A stretch of 63,751 nt of DNA, filler included, from Sphacelaria rigidula (lineage: Eukaryota): NCBI GenBank assembly GCA_964200075.2. It is 8 parts of 8 records of this genome, joined end to end, with 100 filler letters (N's around TTAATTAATTAA, not from the genome) between each part and the next. Parts side by side here need not be neighbours in the genome. Positions count along the whole stretch, not along the records: positions 31,928 to 39,808 come from CAXNAA020013114.1; positions 39,909 to 47,789 come from CAXNAA020013115.1; positions 47,890 to 55,770 come from CAXNAA020013116.1; 5 more parts are not named here. One strand, given 5' to 3'. The position numbers were made by a program, and so were the translations under genes. Under the pieces are notes generated by a model, which saw only the letters and a list, made by a program, of their open reading frames with translations, was not told where the DNA came from and ran no database searches. Below are positions 39,665-52,773 of this stretch, piece after piece; positions within the stretch are counted from its first letter, which is position 1; every line of letters begins with the position of its first letter.

Positions 39665-39781
39665 TCAAGGGGGGGGGGGGAGGGGTGTACTCATGATCAT
39701 GCATGCCATAGTCATTAGACCATTGACCTCGCATCTACAAAGTCGGGACGGAGCACCCCGGGTTTTTTGCCGGACCAGGCT
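39665..39781 (+). mobile_element. Terminus of an abundant TIR family (GGGGGTGTACTCATGATCATGCATGCC..CTACAAAG(C/T)CGGGACGGAG); other copies at ~41090-41197(-), 45913-46042(+), 55557-55661(-), 63688-63751(+)
   Basis: Near-identical sequence recurs in four slices; TA|CGAGGG start at ~45912 resembles mariner-type ends (inference). Confidence 0.8.
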
Positions 39782-40732
39782 CAAAATCAATCACCAAGCG
39801 CGAAGCGCNNNNNNNNNNNNNNNNNNNNNNNNNNNNNNNNNNNNNNNNNNNNTTAATTAATTAANNNNNNNNNNNNNNNNNNNNNNNNNNNNNNNNNNNN
39901 NNNNNNNNATTACCGTGGTGGCTGGTTCCCGTACGGAACGTTCCCGAAGTGACAAATCGTTCACGAGAGGAGCCTTGAAAAATACGGAGTTGTCCCATGG
40001 AGGGGGAGAAATTGAAAAATGTGACCAAATGAAACAAAATGAAAATAAATGATGGGATAAAAAAAGTTATGCTGAATGGACCCGAGCCCCTATACAGGAA
40101 TGTTCGAAAAGAAACGGTCTTGTAATAGCTAATAGGCGCGCAGTCGCCTTTCTGGTACGGTATGGTCGAGGAAGGCGAGTCTACGTTTTTTTCTGTGTGT
40201 GTGTGTGTGTACGTGTGAATCAACTCCTTCGTACAGTAAGTACATGCACATGTACTGATCACTGGTGAGATCACCGCCGCGTTGTTGCTGTGCTGGGATG
40301 AAAATATGCTTTTGCCCGTGGCTTACGCACGAACAACAATAGCGCGCAGTTCCTATAATAGCAGCGTTCTTGTTTTGCCAAATAGTGTGGTTCCTGGATA
40401 GCTGAGCGGCATCCTGCTTCCACCACTTGTTTCCGCTCCGTCTTGTTCTTGTGTGTGTGTCTCTTCTGCACGATATTTTGACCTGAAGCTTCGTTGCAAG
40501 CGCCGGCCATGTCTTGGTTTCCTATTATAATGCTGGCTTCATCGTGACCAGTTTTTCTTCATTTTATTTTTTCTCTTCTTCTTTCCTCTCCCCCCCCCCC
40601 CCCCCCCCCCTTTTTTTTTTTTTTTTTTTTCTTCTTTTCTTCTCCTTTCTTTTCTTTTCTTGTTCTACACGTATATTTCTCCCCCTTCTGGCGTTTTCTT
40701 CAGAGAGATGTTCCCGTCTTGTTTCGCCTTGT

Positions 40733-40990
40733 TGTGGATAATGACCATGATTGGGTCCCTCGGCGATCAGTTTATGTGCGGCAATCAATTTATTTATTTC
40801 CTTTTTTTTTTCACGTCTTGTTCTACTATGTTGTTCTGTATTACTTTCTCTGTTCCTTCTTTTTCTTCAGCGAGTGTTTCAGTTTTGTTTCGTCTCGGGT
40901 ACGTCTATCATGTGGATAATGACCACGGCTGGATCCCTGGAGGGTCAGTTAAAGCGCGACAATCAATCAATTAATCAAATCAATCAATTC
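40733..40990 (+). repeat. Two tandem retroposon-like 3' ends with (CAAT)n tails
   Basis: gtggataatgacca..g(g/a)tccct..tcagtt..caatcaat at ~40733 and ~40912. Confidence 0.5.
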
Positions 40991-41681
40991 AGTCAAACCA
41001 GGCGATCAATGTGTGTGATGACGGACTTTTCGATGCAGGTATTCTCTCTCCACCGAAAATAACTATTCCGAAGCTCCCCCCACCCCGAGGGTCCTGGTCC
41101 GGCGAACACCCGGCGTGCTCCGTCCCGTCTTTGTAGGGATGCGAGGTCAATGGTCTTACGACTCTGGCATGCATGATAATGAGTACACCCCCCCTCGTTA
41201 AAAGGCCGTCCGTTCAGCTGACAACTTCACGAGATTTGGGGTGCAAGGGCCAATGTTCGGTTCTCAGGACCGATCTACAAGCAGGATCGAAGTGTTGTCC
41301 TTGATTTCCACGGACGCAATAGCCTGGTCACGAGCATCCGTCCAACACTTGGTGCAACCGCCCGCCGAAATATGCGCGTCGTCGTGCACGACAAATACAG
41401 ACCGACGGGGAGCGTTGTGGGAGCAATATGCATGTGTTGTTCCAACGTTTCGTCCACGCGCGGATTCAGAGCATCTAAACAGACCCGGTATCGTTGCACC
41501 AGCTTTCCCCCTGTTTTATATTGCTTGTTTTCCATTATTTTGTCATGCTATTTGTTTCACGTCGTTTTGCTTGCTGCCTTGACCCGTCATTAAAAGTCGC
41601 TGTTGCGATGCTGTGGACACAATGTGTATGTGCATGTGTGTGTGTACGCGCGTGTTCCCTTGTGCTCTTTGACGGTCACAG

Positions 41682-41760
41682 GTACGATGACTGCATACGG
41701 CGCTTGTCCCAGGAAAAGGGTAGAGCCGAGTTGGTGCAACTCGACCGCTGGTGGCGTGAG
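41682..41760 (+). CDS. Exon of Amun-like HhH protein gene (YDDCIRRLSQEKGRAELVQLDRWWRE)
   Basis: Acceptor cacAG at 41680-41681; a GC donor (GAG|GCAAGC) joins in frame to give LDRWWRE-ELP, typical of the family. Confidence 0.75.
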
Positions 41761-43364
41761 GCAAGCGTACTACAGTATCGTAGTTGTTATACGGAGTATA
41801 CCATCCGGGTCGATGAGACACAACACGATCTCTACCTCCTCAGCTAACCTGCGACCAAAAAATCCCGTTCCACCGAAAATCTCGAGGAGACGCTTACAGT
41901 TCAAGCGGCATAAGACCACTCCGTAGGGGGGAACCCAAAATACGAACCAATCAAAAACGCGCACTTTGGCCCTCCGGTAACGTGTCTCACATGGCAAGAT
42001 GGCCAAGCGAATAACAGCGTCCCGGAATGACTTTCTCTCTCTCTTGAGAGAATTTCGACGAGTGTCGGCGATTTTTGTTCGGTGAGCGTAGTTTGATCCT
42101 GGATAGGTGAAAAAAAGCTAGAAACAAGGAACAAGAAATATGCGAAACAGATTCGTACAAACTTTCCTGATGCCCGCTCCCCCAAATGCATTGACAGAGT
42201 TTGTAAGATTTCGCACGTCTCTTTTGAATATCATCATTATTCTGATTTCACGATCCACGAAGCGCGCAGAAAAACTCTACAAATGCGTACCGGAATCATT
42301 TCAAGCGAGTAAGTGAAAGTAAAGTCATTCCGATTTGGTACTGTCCGCCTGGCCACCTGTTCTCACGTGGCATATACACTGACAAAGGATTGATGAAAAT
42401 ATGCATTCTTCATCGGTCCGTATATTGAGTCCCACAAAAAGTGATCTTAACGTCCGGCGACGAGACCGCCCGCAGTTTACCATTTCTATTCATTTTTTTG
42501 TCGCCATGAACTGCTGCCGAGGTGCCCCCCCCCCCGAACCGGCCGAAAAAGTACACGGAGACGATGGCCATATATTCCGTTAGAGCTGGTTTCGTGCTGC
42601 ACGACGCGACTCGTTTAGGCGTTATAGCCGATTTCGGACTGCTACACGCCTCTCATGTGGGCGAAATGGCTGCAGACGAGCTCAATAGTGGGATCGCAGC
42701 CGGTTTAACGGACGGTCTCCGGTGCACTTTTTGTGGGTGATATTCTCCATTCAACACCCACCGTACACTTCAGGTTGGCAACCCCCCTTTATTTTTGCAT
42801 CTACCCCTTTTGAGCGTCACCCCGGTGCGATTTGCATACAGTGGGGTGGCGCCATTTCCGGGCGGTGTAGTTTTCGTTTTTTTACACACTGTCAGCACTC
42901 TCCCCTTCCTCGCGAAGAGGCCGTTGTCACGTGGGATCAACTACGTGGTAGCGGCTACGAATATTCGGGCCCCCGTTACGACAGACCCTCCGGAACAGCC
43001 TACGAAAACAAGCGGAACCAATGGAAATGAAATGTAGTGATCATCATCCCGGATGAACGTATCCGATTCAAGTCGGCGGACTGGGGGAGTTGTTGTCATC
43101 CGAAGCCCGAGACACGAGTATGGTCTGTCAGGTTGGGTACCGCGGGAGAGATGGGTTGATTCTGTTATGCTCTCCGAAGTCGTCCCGCGGAATGGAAGTA
43201 ACTTGAGAGTTTGACGGAAACAAGAAAAAACAAACAGCAGAAAAAGGCTGAATGGAAAATAACTTTCGCAATGTACAGGAGAAATTGAGCGAGGAATACC
43301 GACCGGTTGGGGTACGCTACTCGCACACACACTCTTACCCCTTTTACGGTACTTGTAGTTGTTT

Positions 43365-44531
43365 GGTCGCCCCGGTGGCTCAGTTGGTAACCTCGAAATC
43401 TTCTGACGGTTGGGTCGTGTGTTTGAATCTCGCAGCGATCTGGGATTTTNNNNNNNNNNAGAGCGACTATGTCGTGGGTACACAAAATTCGACTTAACGG
43501 TGGATGAGGGAAAGGGACTGCTGAACCCCTCTCGCGATATAAAATAAAGGCAAGCACAGTAGATTGAAGGCGGAGTATTCAAGTCGAAATAAAAGAAAAA
43601 GGTCATGTATTGACCTTCCTCCTGTGTGACCCCGGCTTGTGCGCCCACCAGGGTTAGAAACAGTCCACGCGGGGCTGCGCTGGCGCACATTACTATTATA
43701 TTGAAAATGTGGCCGATGCGCAGCTGTTGGGAGTTTCTCTCTGCGGCTTGCCGCAGAGAAAAAATTGGGCCGCATTTTTTTCGGCGAAAAGACATTCTGC
43801 GGCCCTCTTTTTTTCGCGGATGGCGAAAATATTTTGGGGTGTGTTTTTTTTCGCCGTGAGGCAATTCGTTTTTTGGCAAGGTCTTTTTTAATTGCTTGAG
43901 GCGCTCGGGACTTGATCCTTTCTCCCTTTCTCCACCTGCTTTCCGCTTTTTTGTGTAATCAAACTGCCCAACAGAGCAAAGGGATAGAGAGAAAGACGGA
44001 AAAAAAGAAGAAATAACCAAAAGAGAACCAAAAGAGAACCAAAAAAGCAGCCTGGAAGCGGCGCGATTGCGAAAGGTGGCGTATGAGATAGAGAATTCTC
44101 CTCCTCCCGTATCCCCTCGGCACCCACAATGACCGTCCAGTGTGTTTCGTATTTCGTACTGCTGTGAACATATTCTTGTTCAATACCAGCTGTTCAATAG
44201 TTCAATATATTTGGAAATAAATAAAAAAGCGTTTTTAGTGCGTTGAACTGCTTAACGCTTCACATCTCATACCGCCGAAATGGCCTCATCTTGACAAAAT
44301 CTAGGCGTCTTTTTGAAAGGAAACCCCCCCAAAAAATCCCTCCTCGGGGCCCTTCCGGGGGGGGGGCCTACGCGGCCTGCGCCCTCCGGGGGCGTGAGGC
44401 CGCAGGTCGCCTTCGGCTCCCGCCTGCGCTAGCGCAGGTGAAGCCCGCGGAGTTTTTCTAACCCTGGCGCCCACATATACCGAAAGGTGTAGACCTGCGT
44501 CCAGAATAGATGAGACGACGACAACACACAC
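43365..44531 (+). mobile_element. tRNA-derived SINE (43365-43648 plus 44467-44531) split by a hAT insertion, intronic
   Basis: Head ggtcgccccggtggctcagttggtaacc; the body resumes exactly after the insertion. Confidence 0.88.
43649..44466. mobile_element. 818-bp non-autonomous hAT-like element
   Basis: TIRs CAGGGTTAGAAA / TTTCTAACCCTG; perfect 8-bp TSD GCGCCCAC. Confidence 0.92.
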
Positions 44532-44812
44532 GGTCATTCAGAGGAGAAAACAAGTATCTATGAAAAAGCAACCAACCAGTGTTCGCTCTCTTTTTACCCA
44601 GCAACACACGCATACATACACGTAATCTTGCTTTTTTTTTGTCGCATTTCCTTGGTACCCCTTACCGAAATGGAGAACACACACAGCAGCTAGCTCACGG
44701 ACACGCGATGTTTCGTATTAATACTTTCAAGGATTAAACGAACAACAATACTCCTGAAGATTTTCTCTCTTTTTTCACGTTTGTTTTTTCCGATTTTTTT
44801 TTTTCCCGACAG

Positions 44813-44956
44813 GAATTGCCAACGGCCATCCGCTCTCGAGGAGACAAGCCGCACATCACGAAGGAAGAACTGGTGAAGGTGGTCAAATGGAAGCTACGGG
44901 TAGGCGCCTTTCGACCCAGCCTAGAGCGTTTCGCCTCGGAAACCAACCCTGCCCAG
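44813..44956 (+). CDS. Exon of Amun-like HhH protein gene (ELPTAIRSRGDKPHITKEELVKVVKWKLRVGAFRPSLERFASETNPAQ)
   Basis: Polypyrimidine tract plus AG, donor CAG|GTAGGT, family motif ELVKxxxWKLxxGxFRPxL. Confidence 0.9.
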
Positions 44957-45352
44957 GTAGGTATATGCCCGAGAATTGTTCATTACGTCACGCTTTTCGG
45001 CTCTTTCTTTTAACGGGAACGAATCTGTGGTCTCGAGTGGATCAACCTATATCTCTTCCCCGTTGTAGTACCTCGCCATGCACGTTGATATCGCGGATTG
45101 GGTCGCCACGCCTGCACCGCGTCGGTCATCGCCAGATAAAACCTCTTTCTCGCTGCAACACTCACAGCCTAACGTTTTCATTGGCAGAAATAAGATACTT
45201 TTTTTTGGCAAAAACCCTCCATGTATTGCATTTCCCCTGGCATTTGAACCCCACTTTTTTCACCCACTTCAGCAGTGGCGGCCGTCCCGGTGGGACAAAC
45301 CACAGGGGCGCGGCGGTTGATGGAACAAAAAGCATGAGTCACAGACCGATGA

Positions 45353-45595
45353 GGATACAGGGCATGTTGTCATTTCCCATGTTGGTGGATACATGGTATA
45401 TTGTCATTGTCCATGCTAGGATACATGGTATGTTGTCATTCTCCGTACAAGGCATGTTGCATTTTCCATATTGTGAGATACATGGTATGTTATCATTTCC
45501 CATATTTTTAGGATACATGGTATGTTATCATTTTCCATGCTAGGATACATGGCATGTTGATATATTTTATGTCAGGATACATGGCACGTTGATAG
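45353..45595. repeat. Intronic minisatellite, ~30-bp unit (ggatacatggtatgttgtcattttccatgcta)
   Basis: About eight degenerate tandem units. Confidence 0.85.
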
Positions 45596-45702
45596 TTCAG
45601 AAACTCCGACCGATAAAAAAAAGAAGCGTGTTGCTTGTTGGGAAATGATGATGCTCGCTTCCAATTCTATTATTTTTTGCTTCTTCCTTTGTTTTGTTGC
45701 AG

Positions 45703-45906
45703 GTCCGCAAAAAAAGCGGCGAGGCGCTAGCTCTCCTTCCTTTACCAGCAGCCGACAAAAACAAAAACAGCAGCAGCAGCATCTCCAGGGAGGTGGCTGC
45801 GGCGGCAGTGCGAGCTGTGGAGAAGGACTTGAAAGGCGTTGGCCCTGCGACGGCCTCTGCTATCCTTGCCGCTGCGTGCGGTGGTTGCCCATTCGATGCT
45901 GACGAG
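45703..45906 (+). CDS. Exon of Amun-like gene carrying the helix-hairpin-helix motif (LKGVGPATASAILAA..PFDADE)
   Basis: ttgttgCAG acceptor, GAG|GTAGTT donor, phase 0 at both ends, HhH signature. Confidence 0.9.
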
Positions 45907-46922
45907 GTAGTTACGAGGGTGTACTCATGATCATGCATGCCATAGTCAGAAGACCATCGTAGTTACGAGGGGGGGGAGGGCTTATGATCTTGTATGCCGT
46001 AGTCGTATGACCATTAACGTCGCATCCCTACAAAGCCGGGACGTGGTACGCTGGCCTCACCATGGTATTTACTGAGGGTGTATCTCGTAGAGTCATGGTC
46101 CAGAGCACGGCGATACCGAGCGCCCCGCATCGTACACTCGACGCGCTCTGGACCATGGCCAAACTTCAAAAAAATATCGTCTTAGTAAATTAGTTGCTTT
46201 GATCGCGATACATGGTAGTCGTCCTCAAGTGGGTCTACAAAGTGTCAATGGACACGTTTTCCCTGCGATTTTTCAGCTTTAATGTACGAACGCTCCTGCA
46301 CTACGGTAGAAGATCCTAATTTCTGTGAAGTTTCTCCTTTCATTTTTCAGTCGCGAAACGAGTTAGATAATCCAAGAAGTTGATTGAGTCGGAAGTATTA
46401 ATCCTCCCGACACTTGAAACGACAAAAAAACAGCAGCAGCAACAACAAAAAGAAGGGACTCTTGTCATCGTGGTGATCACGTGCTGACAGAATTAGTGTT
46501 GAAGACTGAACGAAGTACTAGAGACTTCCGACTCACCCCACGTAGTCTATACTACAGTTCGCGACAACGGCGAGTTAACGTGCATTACGGTAATACCCCC
46601 CACTTTTTGATACGTGCTGTCAGATTTTTCGTGCACGCTGGCACTTTTTTTTCTCGTTTCATGAACAGAGCTAGAGAATGACACCAGCAAATCGACTGCT
46701 GCTGTTTATCCCGCATAGAGCATCTGCAGATCACGATCGCCAAGAGTTGAGATGCGGCCGTCGCCCATTGTCCCTTTTCAGCAAAAAAAAGTTAGGCACG
46801 GAGCTAGTGAAGAGAATCAAAGACACCATCACTTTTTGTCCTGACGACATATCTTTCCTTTCCTTTCCCTCCACCCCCGCCCCCGTCCAAACAAACAAAA
46901 TCACCGACAAACTACGAGTCAG

Positions 46923-46982
46923 GTGATCGACGCGGTGAAGAAAACCGGAGAGCGCAAGTACTCCCTGCCGGAGTATCTCGAG
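46923..46982 (+). CDS. Exon of Amun-like gene (VIDAVKKTGERKYSLPEYLE)
   Basis: CAG acceptor, GAG|GTGAGT donor, family motif KYxLxEYL. Confidence 0.82.
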
Positions 46983-48570
46983 GTGAGTTACCAGAAAGCA
47001 CAGCAGACCACAAGCCGAGAAACAAATCGCTTGCCATCATGCAACGGCACCAATATATAAGGGGCCTTGACAACGGGGCATTTTTCTTTACATGTCTTTC
47101 AGATATTTTTGCGAAAAATTGGATTTTTGGTCCCGACTTCTTGCGAAAACAAGCCGCCAAAGAGCATTGGGACGCCAGAGTTTTAGAGAAATCTGCAGTC
47201 GGTCTTAAGTTGATCTGCTGCTTCACCTGGTCTGAAAAATCTGCTCTCATACTTTTCGAGGGGAAAAAGTTGTTTTTCCGGAAAATTTGGGGGTTTCGGG
47301 GGGGAACTAGACCGGTGAGTAATACCCCCAAGACTCGCCGGGTGACGACAATTTTTTCACAGCCGTCATACTTTTCGAGGAGTGAGAACCTTGACACCTC
47401 CCCCCGGAGAATCCCTTATCAGCCTGGTCCGGCGAAAATCCGGCGTACTCCGTCCCGGCTTTGTAGGGGCGGACCCCCCCTATGGGGTTGGCATCGGTTG
47501 GCGATGACACTATAAAAACACGCCACTCACTGCGTAAGCTAGGCAACCAGGTTACTGATTTGTTTTGCGCGCTTGCCTTTTTATTGCGCAACCATGATGA
47601 TCGTCGACCTAGATCATGTGGTGCGGGTTGGGAGAACCTGAACTCCGCACAAAGAGGGCGATCGACCTACGTGGTGTTCAAATGGGGAGACACCCAGGAG
47701 GCCGTGGCTGTTTCTGAAAGTGGCGACACCAGAAAATAAAGCAACTCATTGTAGGCTGCCATTCAAATGCAAGATAATCAGTAGGATTCNNNNNNNNNNN
47801 NNNNNNNNNNNNNNNNNNNNNNNNNNNNNNNNNTTAATTAATTAANNNNNNNNNNNNNNNNNNNNNNNNNNNNNNNNNNNNNNNNNNNNGACTTTTTGGC
47901 TCGCGGCTGCGCCGCTCGATGACCAAACCATTATGTACCATTTCACTGGTTAATGAGTGCGCTGCGCGTAACCATTCAACTGGTTAATGGTTAGACAAAC
48001 CATTTCCGAGCTCTACTTACTACACAATTCAAGGCAATCAGAGGTGAACCTGAGGTACTCGGTGCCCCCGCGAACGAAGAACATACAGCTCGAGCCGTAG
48101 CTGCTCATCAGCTTAGCACGTTGTGCGTGACCTTGCTCAAATTTGTTCAGAATTAATCGAGAAATGGTGATTGGTGTGAGACGCGTGCTCAGCATACGCT
48201 TACAAAACGGTCAGCAACGACACGTTTTCGGTTGTTTTTGACACGCGCGCGGCCGACATTCGTCCAATATAGAACGGATTTCCGTCAAACAAAGACTGCC
48301 GTCTGTACGCGTTTTTTCGGAGCTGGGTGTGTAGGTGTTGTGTTGCCTTGTTGCGTCTTGCCTGTGGCATTACAGAGACCTTGGACTAACGACTACTTCT
48401 AGACCCGCCGCATTTCTGTACCTGCATGCAGATCTGGGGTTCGATTTGTTAAAAACTTTTTCTCGATAGGATTCAACACTAGTCGTTGTGGGAACAATCC
48501 ACTTTCAAAAGGCGATGTTGAAGAAGGGAAAAATTCCCTCTTCTAGGAAGGACCCTTACAATCAAGTATT

Positions 48571-49090
48571 CAAGGTTGTGTTTTGTAGGGTACGGTTTTC
48601 TTTATACCCATGATATTTTGCCGGGTATTCACCGTACCCGACAGTTTTGTGACTTCTGTAAGACTTTCATACCGGTACCCGACAGTTCTGTAATCTCTGT
48701 TCGACTTTTACACCCTTACCCAACAGTTCTGTAATCCCTGTAAGATTCCCGTACCGTTACCGGGGGGCACGGGTACGCTCTTGATGAGATACCGAATGCG
48801 TACCATTTTCTGTGCAACCTCCATACCTTACCCGACAGCTCTGTGAGTTCTGTACAGAATATTTACCCGTACCCGGAGCGCGGGTATGCTCCTAAAGAAA
48901 TACCAGAGTGCCGGTACGGTTTTCTGTAAGTCTCCCATACCGTAGCCGACTAGTTCTGCAATTTCTGCAAGCCTCCCATACCCCAACCCGGGGTTAGGGT
49001 ATACCGTTACAGATATACCCGATTGCAGGTATGAGCACAGGTATATACCTTGGGGAAGTACGGATATAGGTTCAATCCAAACACAACCTC
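48571..49090. mobile_element. TIR element with CAAGGTTGTGTT termini; second copy at ~49693-50073
   Basis: caaggttgtgtttt.. / ..aaacacaacctc; shared acccgacagttctgt subrepeats in both copies. Confidence 0.75.
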
Positions 49091-50849
49091 ATGACTTGAA
49101 CATGTCCCTCCCATCGATCAACCCACTCAACTCCTTCATTCAAAACTGCACACCAACAATGATTCAAGGTTAAAAAGTTTTTTTATTTGGAATCTGACGG
49201 GATACGAGGTATCGCTGAGTGGAAACACGAAACATGAGCAGCACTGCAAACCGTAAGGATGGATCACCCCCAGATTCGAGTGGTGACTCGAGCGGGGGCG
49301 GTTCAACTTCGCCCCAGGGGATCAAGTAGCAAGACGCACGTCATCGACGTTGATGGTGGTTGTGTCGTGGTCATCAAACCCCAGGCCGTTATCGACATGT
49401 ACACCCACAGAGTATGAGCTGCCACCGAAAGTCGCCAAGGCCACTGGGGATTTTGCCGCGTGCCCAAGGGCTTCCAAAGAGCGGGCAGCCGTAAATGCTT
49501 CTTTATGTACCCTTCGAGAGTGTACGTGAAGCCGATAGATGTTGACGATCCCGTGCACATGTTCTGCTGCGACTGTTCGTATAGTCTGTCTCTATCAACC
49601 CCGTGAAGCCGCTCAGAGTTTTCGTGAACTGTCATGTATATTCCGCCACTGTTGTAGTGACGTAGGTTTCACTACAGGGATGATGATAATACCAAGGTTT
49701 TGTTTTGTAGGGTACGGTTTTCTGTACACCTGGGGTATTTTGCCGGGCATTTACCGTACCCGACAGTTCTGTGATGTCTGTAAGACGCTCATTCCCGTAC
49801 TCGATAGTTCTGTGAGTTCTGTAAGCCTCCCATACCCTTACCCTACAGTTCTGTGAGTTCTGTACAAAAACTTTACCCTAACCCGAGGGTCGGGTTTGCC
49901 CTAGGAGAGTTACCCGATTGCCGGTGCCGGTTTTCTGTAAGTCTCCCATACCGTGCCCGACAAGTCCTGTAATTTCTGTAAGAATTTCATACCGATACCC
50001 AATATTTCTCTGAGTTCTGTAAGATATCTCATACCCTACAGAACGTACCCGTACCTTTCAGAACACAACCTTCCAAATATCCATGATTGATAAACCAAAG
50101 GTTGGTCGGACAGATGATGAAAAACCAAATCAACCCATTTTTGAGTTGGTTTACAGCCATACTGTAGTCCAGATCGAAGCCCGGATCTGCACACAGGTTC
50201 AAAAATGTGGCGGTTCTGGAAGTGATCGTGAGTTCAACATGTCTGAACTGCTGCAGACCAGTGTAGGCAAAATAACAGAACCTGCTGTCAGAGTAGAACC
50301 AGTTCCACAGGACATTTATGTATATACCCGCCGGTCCAACGAACATCACATTTGAATCCACCCACGGACAACAGAGCCGGCATGGAATATATCACTCGGG
50401 AAGCGACGATTGCCTGCGGCAAACCTGACACAGCGCATGAACGTATACATACTATCAAATCAAAATCAAGCCTTGGTGTTTAGTCAACACCACCCTTTAC
50501 CGAACAGGAAATTACGTTGTCCGGGGGCGTGTTGCGAGGGAGTATTTAGCGACGCAGTACGATGAGCTCTTATTTTCGTGCTGCATGTAAGGCACTATCA
50601 CCCGTATGTCGTACCCACTTTGTTGGTAAAGACATCTGCCCATGATTATCTTGAGCAAACACGCGGAGACGAATCACCACGAGCTAGCGGCAAAAGCTTC
50701 AGCAGCAGTGTAGCACGAAGCCGCTGAACTTATCGCACAAGCTTGTGGGCTGTCAATAACGCCACCGCGCAGCATTAGTCCCAATACAACATCGTTGTAC
50801 GTTGCGGCACAAACATGTACATGAACTACCGTTGCAGTGTAGTCCAAGA

Positions 50850-51497
50850 GCCGATCACCGATCACTGTCGTCGCCGCGGTGGCTGCCAACACTACCTCAC
50901 ACCGCTGCTGATGATACAGAGGGGTTTGTCGGCATTCGTCATGATTTTTTAATTTGAGCGTGGGTATGCATGTTTCCAGCACAGAGATGTTTGTCCGTAA
51001 TCGTCTTGATTTGAGAGTGTTGAAGAGTATATATGTATGTGTGGCGTACTGCCGTTGCCTGTCCACTGCATTTTGGATGGGGGGTGTTCGCTGCCGCAGC
51101 GATGCCGCGAGCCACAAGAGCGACTGTACAGATAGCTGTGGCTTCATGTATCACCGATCACCGTTGTTGCGCTTGTCGTGAGAGTCGCCGCCGCAAGCGA
51201 TGCTACAACCCACAAGAGCGTCTACACATACGAAGTACTGTTGTAGTGTAGGGCAAGAGCCGCAAGCCATCAGAGCGACTGTACATATAGCTGTTGCTCT
51301 ATGTTTGACGGTCATCCAATTCAATGCCATTGAGCCGCAAGCCAGAGCGACTGTACATAGAGCTGTTCCCTTTTTATATAACCGATCACTGTTGTTGTGC
51401 TTGTCGTGAGAGTCACTGCCGCACGCGATGCTGCAACCCACAAGAGCGACTGTACATATAGCTGTTGCTCTATGTTTGACGGCAATCCAATCCAATT
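50850..51497. repeat. Degenerate tandem repeat block (agagcgactgtaca..agctgt)
   Basis: Motif recurs at ~51116, 51272, 51344 and 51443 with interleaved sub-units. Confidence 0.75.
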
Positions 51498-51698
51498 CCA
51501 TAGTCAAAGTGATTTAAATTTTGTTCCAAATATGATCATTTTTTACTTGGATAAAGAATGTAAAAAACCGGACGTGATTGTGCTGATCTATGTATGAAGG
51601 GGAGATACAGTTATGCTGTTGATATATAGGATGATGATGATGATGATGAATGATACTTCGTATACGTTGATGATAATGTTCATTAATACCCACATTAA

Positions 51699-52732
51699 CC
51701 CTTTGGTACGGACAATGGAAAAGCACTGATTTCGAGGTGCTGCTTTTTCAACAACATAACCGGTCGCCCCAGTGGCTCAGTTGGTAACCTCGTAATCTTC
51801 TGGCGGTTGAGTAGTGGGCTTCGATCCCCGGAGCGATCTGGGATCTTTTCTCACACCATGCCCAGCAGTGGAGAGCGACTATGTCGTGGGTCCACAAAAT
51901 TCGACTTAACGGTCGACGAGGAAAAGGGACCGCTGAACCCCTCTCCCGATAAAAAAAAATAAAGGCAAGCACCGCAGAAGGAAAGCGGGGTATCAAAAAC
52001 AAATTAAAAAGAAAAACCTCCTGTGTTTACTTTCCTCCTGTGTGACCCCGGCTGATGCGCCCACATATACCGAAAGGTGTAGACTGACGCACATAATAAA
52101 TGGGGCGACAACGTACATATGGCTGATTGTTCGCAGCTTCCAAGGACCACTGCTTTCCCCAAGGCGTGTTTTTCAGACCCGCGACCGCCTATTCCAACCG
52201 GCGATGAAGTGCGTAAATACTGTATCGCACCTCAATCCTTCCACGTGTGGTGAGGGGATTTCTGTGTGCTCGGCCATACTATTTGGTTTCTGTGATGTGG
52301 CTCAGCACGCTTGCCAAGAGTTGGGCGCGTACGACCTCCGGACTGCCGCACAGCAATACTACGGTGGGGTGCCTCACCTATAGAGCTATAAATGTGTGCC
52401 GCAGTGCCACACGGGACTAAATATGTAGAAAGTATACAGGCGGTGCTGATTTTTGTCGTATGGAATTCAGAGGCCGCGGTGCTGGGTTTTGCTGTGTGCA
52501 CAAAGTTGAACATGCTTGACCCGTTGCGTCCCCTCATTCGATAAAACTAATCCCACCGCACCGGGGCGGCATTTTTGGTGCGAGCATGACGTATGTCGGT
52601 GGATTCTTTTGTGGCCTTCCGCCGTTTAAATGGTTGTTGTCGGTATTTTCTTTTCCCATCTTTCCTTCGTTGTCAGCGCTTGAAATAATGAGGCGTCTGG
52701 ACCGGGGACGGGAGAGGAGGGTTCCCAAAGGG
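51699..52732. mobile_element. piggyBac-like non-autonomous element containing a SINE
   Basis: TTAA|CCCTTTGG..CCAAAGGG|TTAA. Confidence 0.65.
51762..52112 (+). mobile_element. Full-length tRNA-derived SINE
   Basis: ggtcgccccagTGGCTCAGTTGGtaacc..gcttcgatcc head plus conserved body. Confidence 0.9.
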
Positions 52733-52773
52733 TTAACAATAGTCATATTAATATTCTCGGTCACCCAATATTC

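Noticed and set aside
42941..44020. 359-aa ORF
   Set aside because: Runs antisense through a hAT element, a SINE and an N gap within an intron; not protein-like.
51762..51840. tRNA gene calls for the SINE heads (also 4810-4887, 26625, 43365)
   Set aside because: Cloverleaf is imperfect and differs between copies; each head continues into the same long SINE body.
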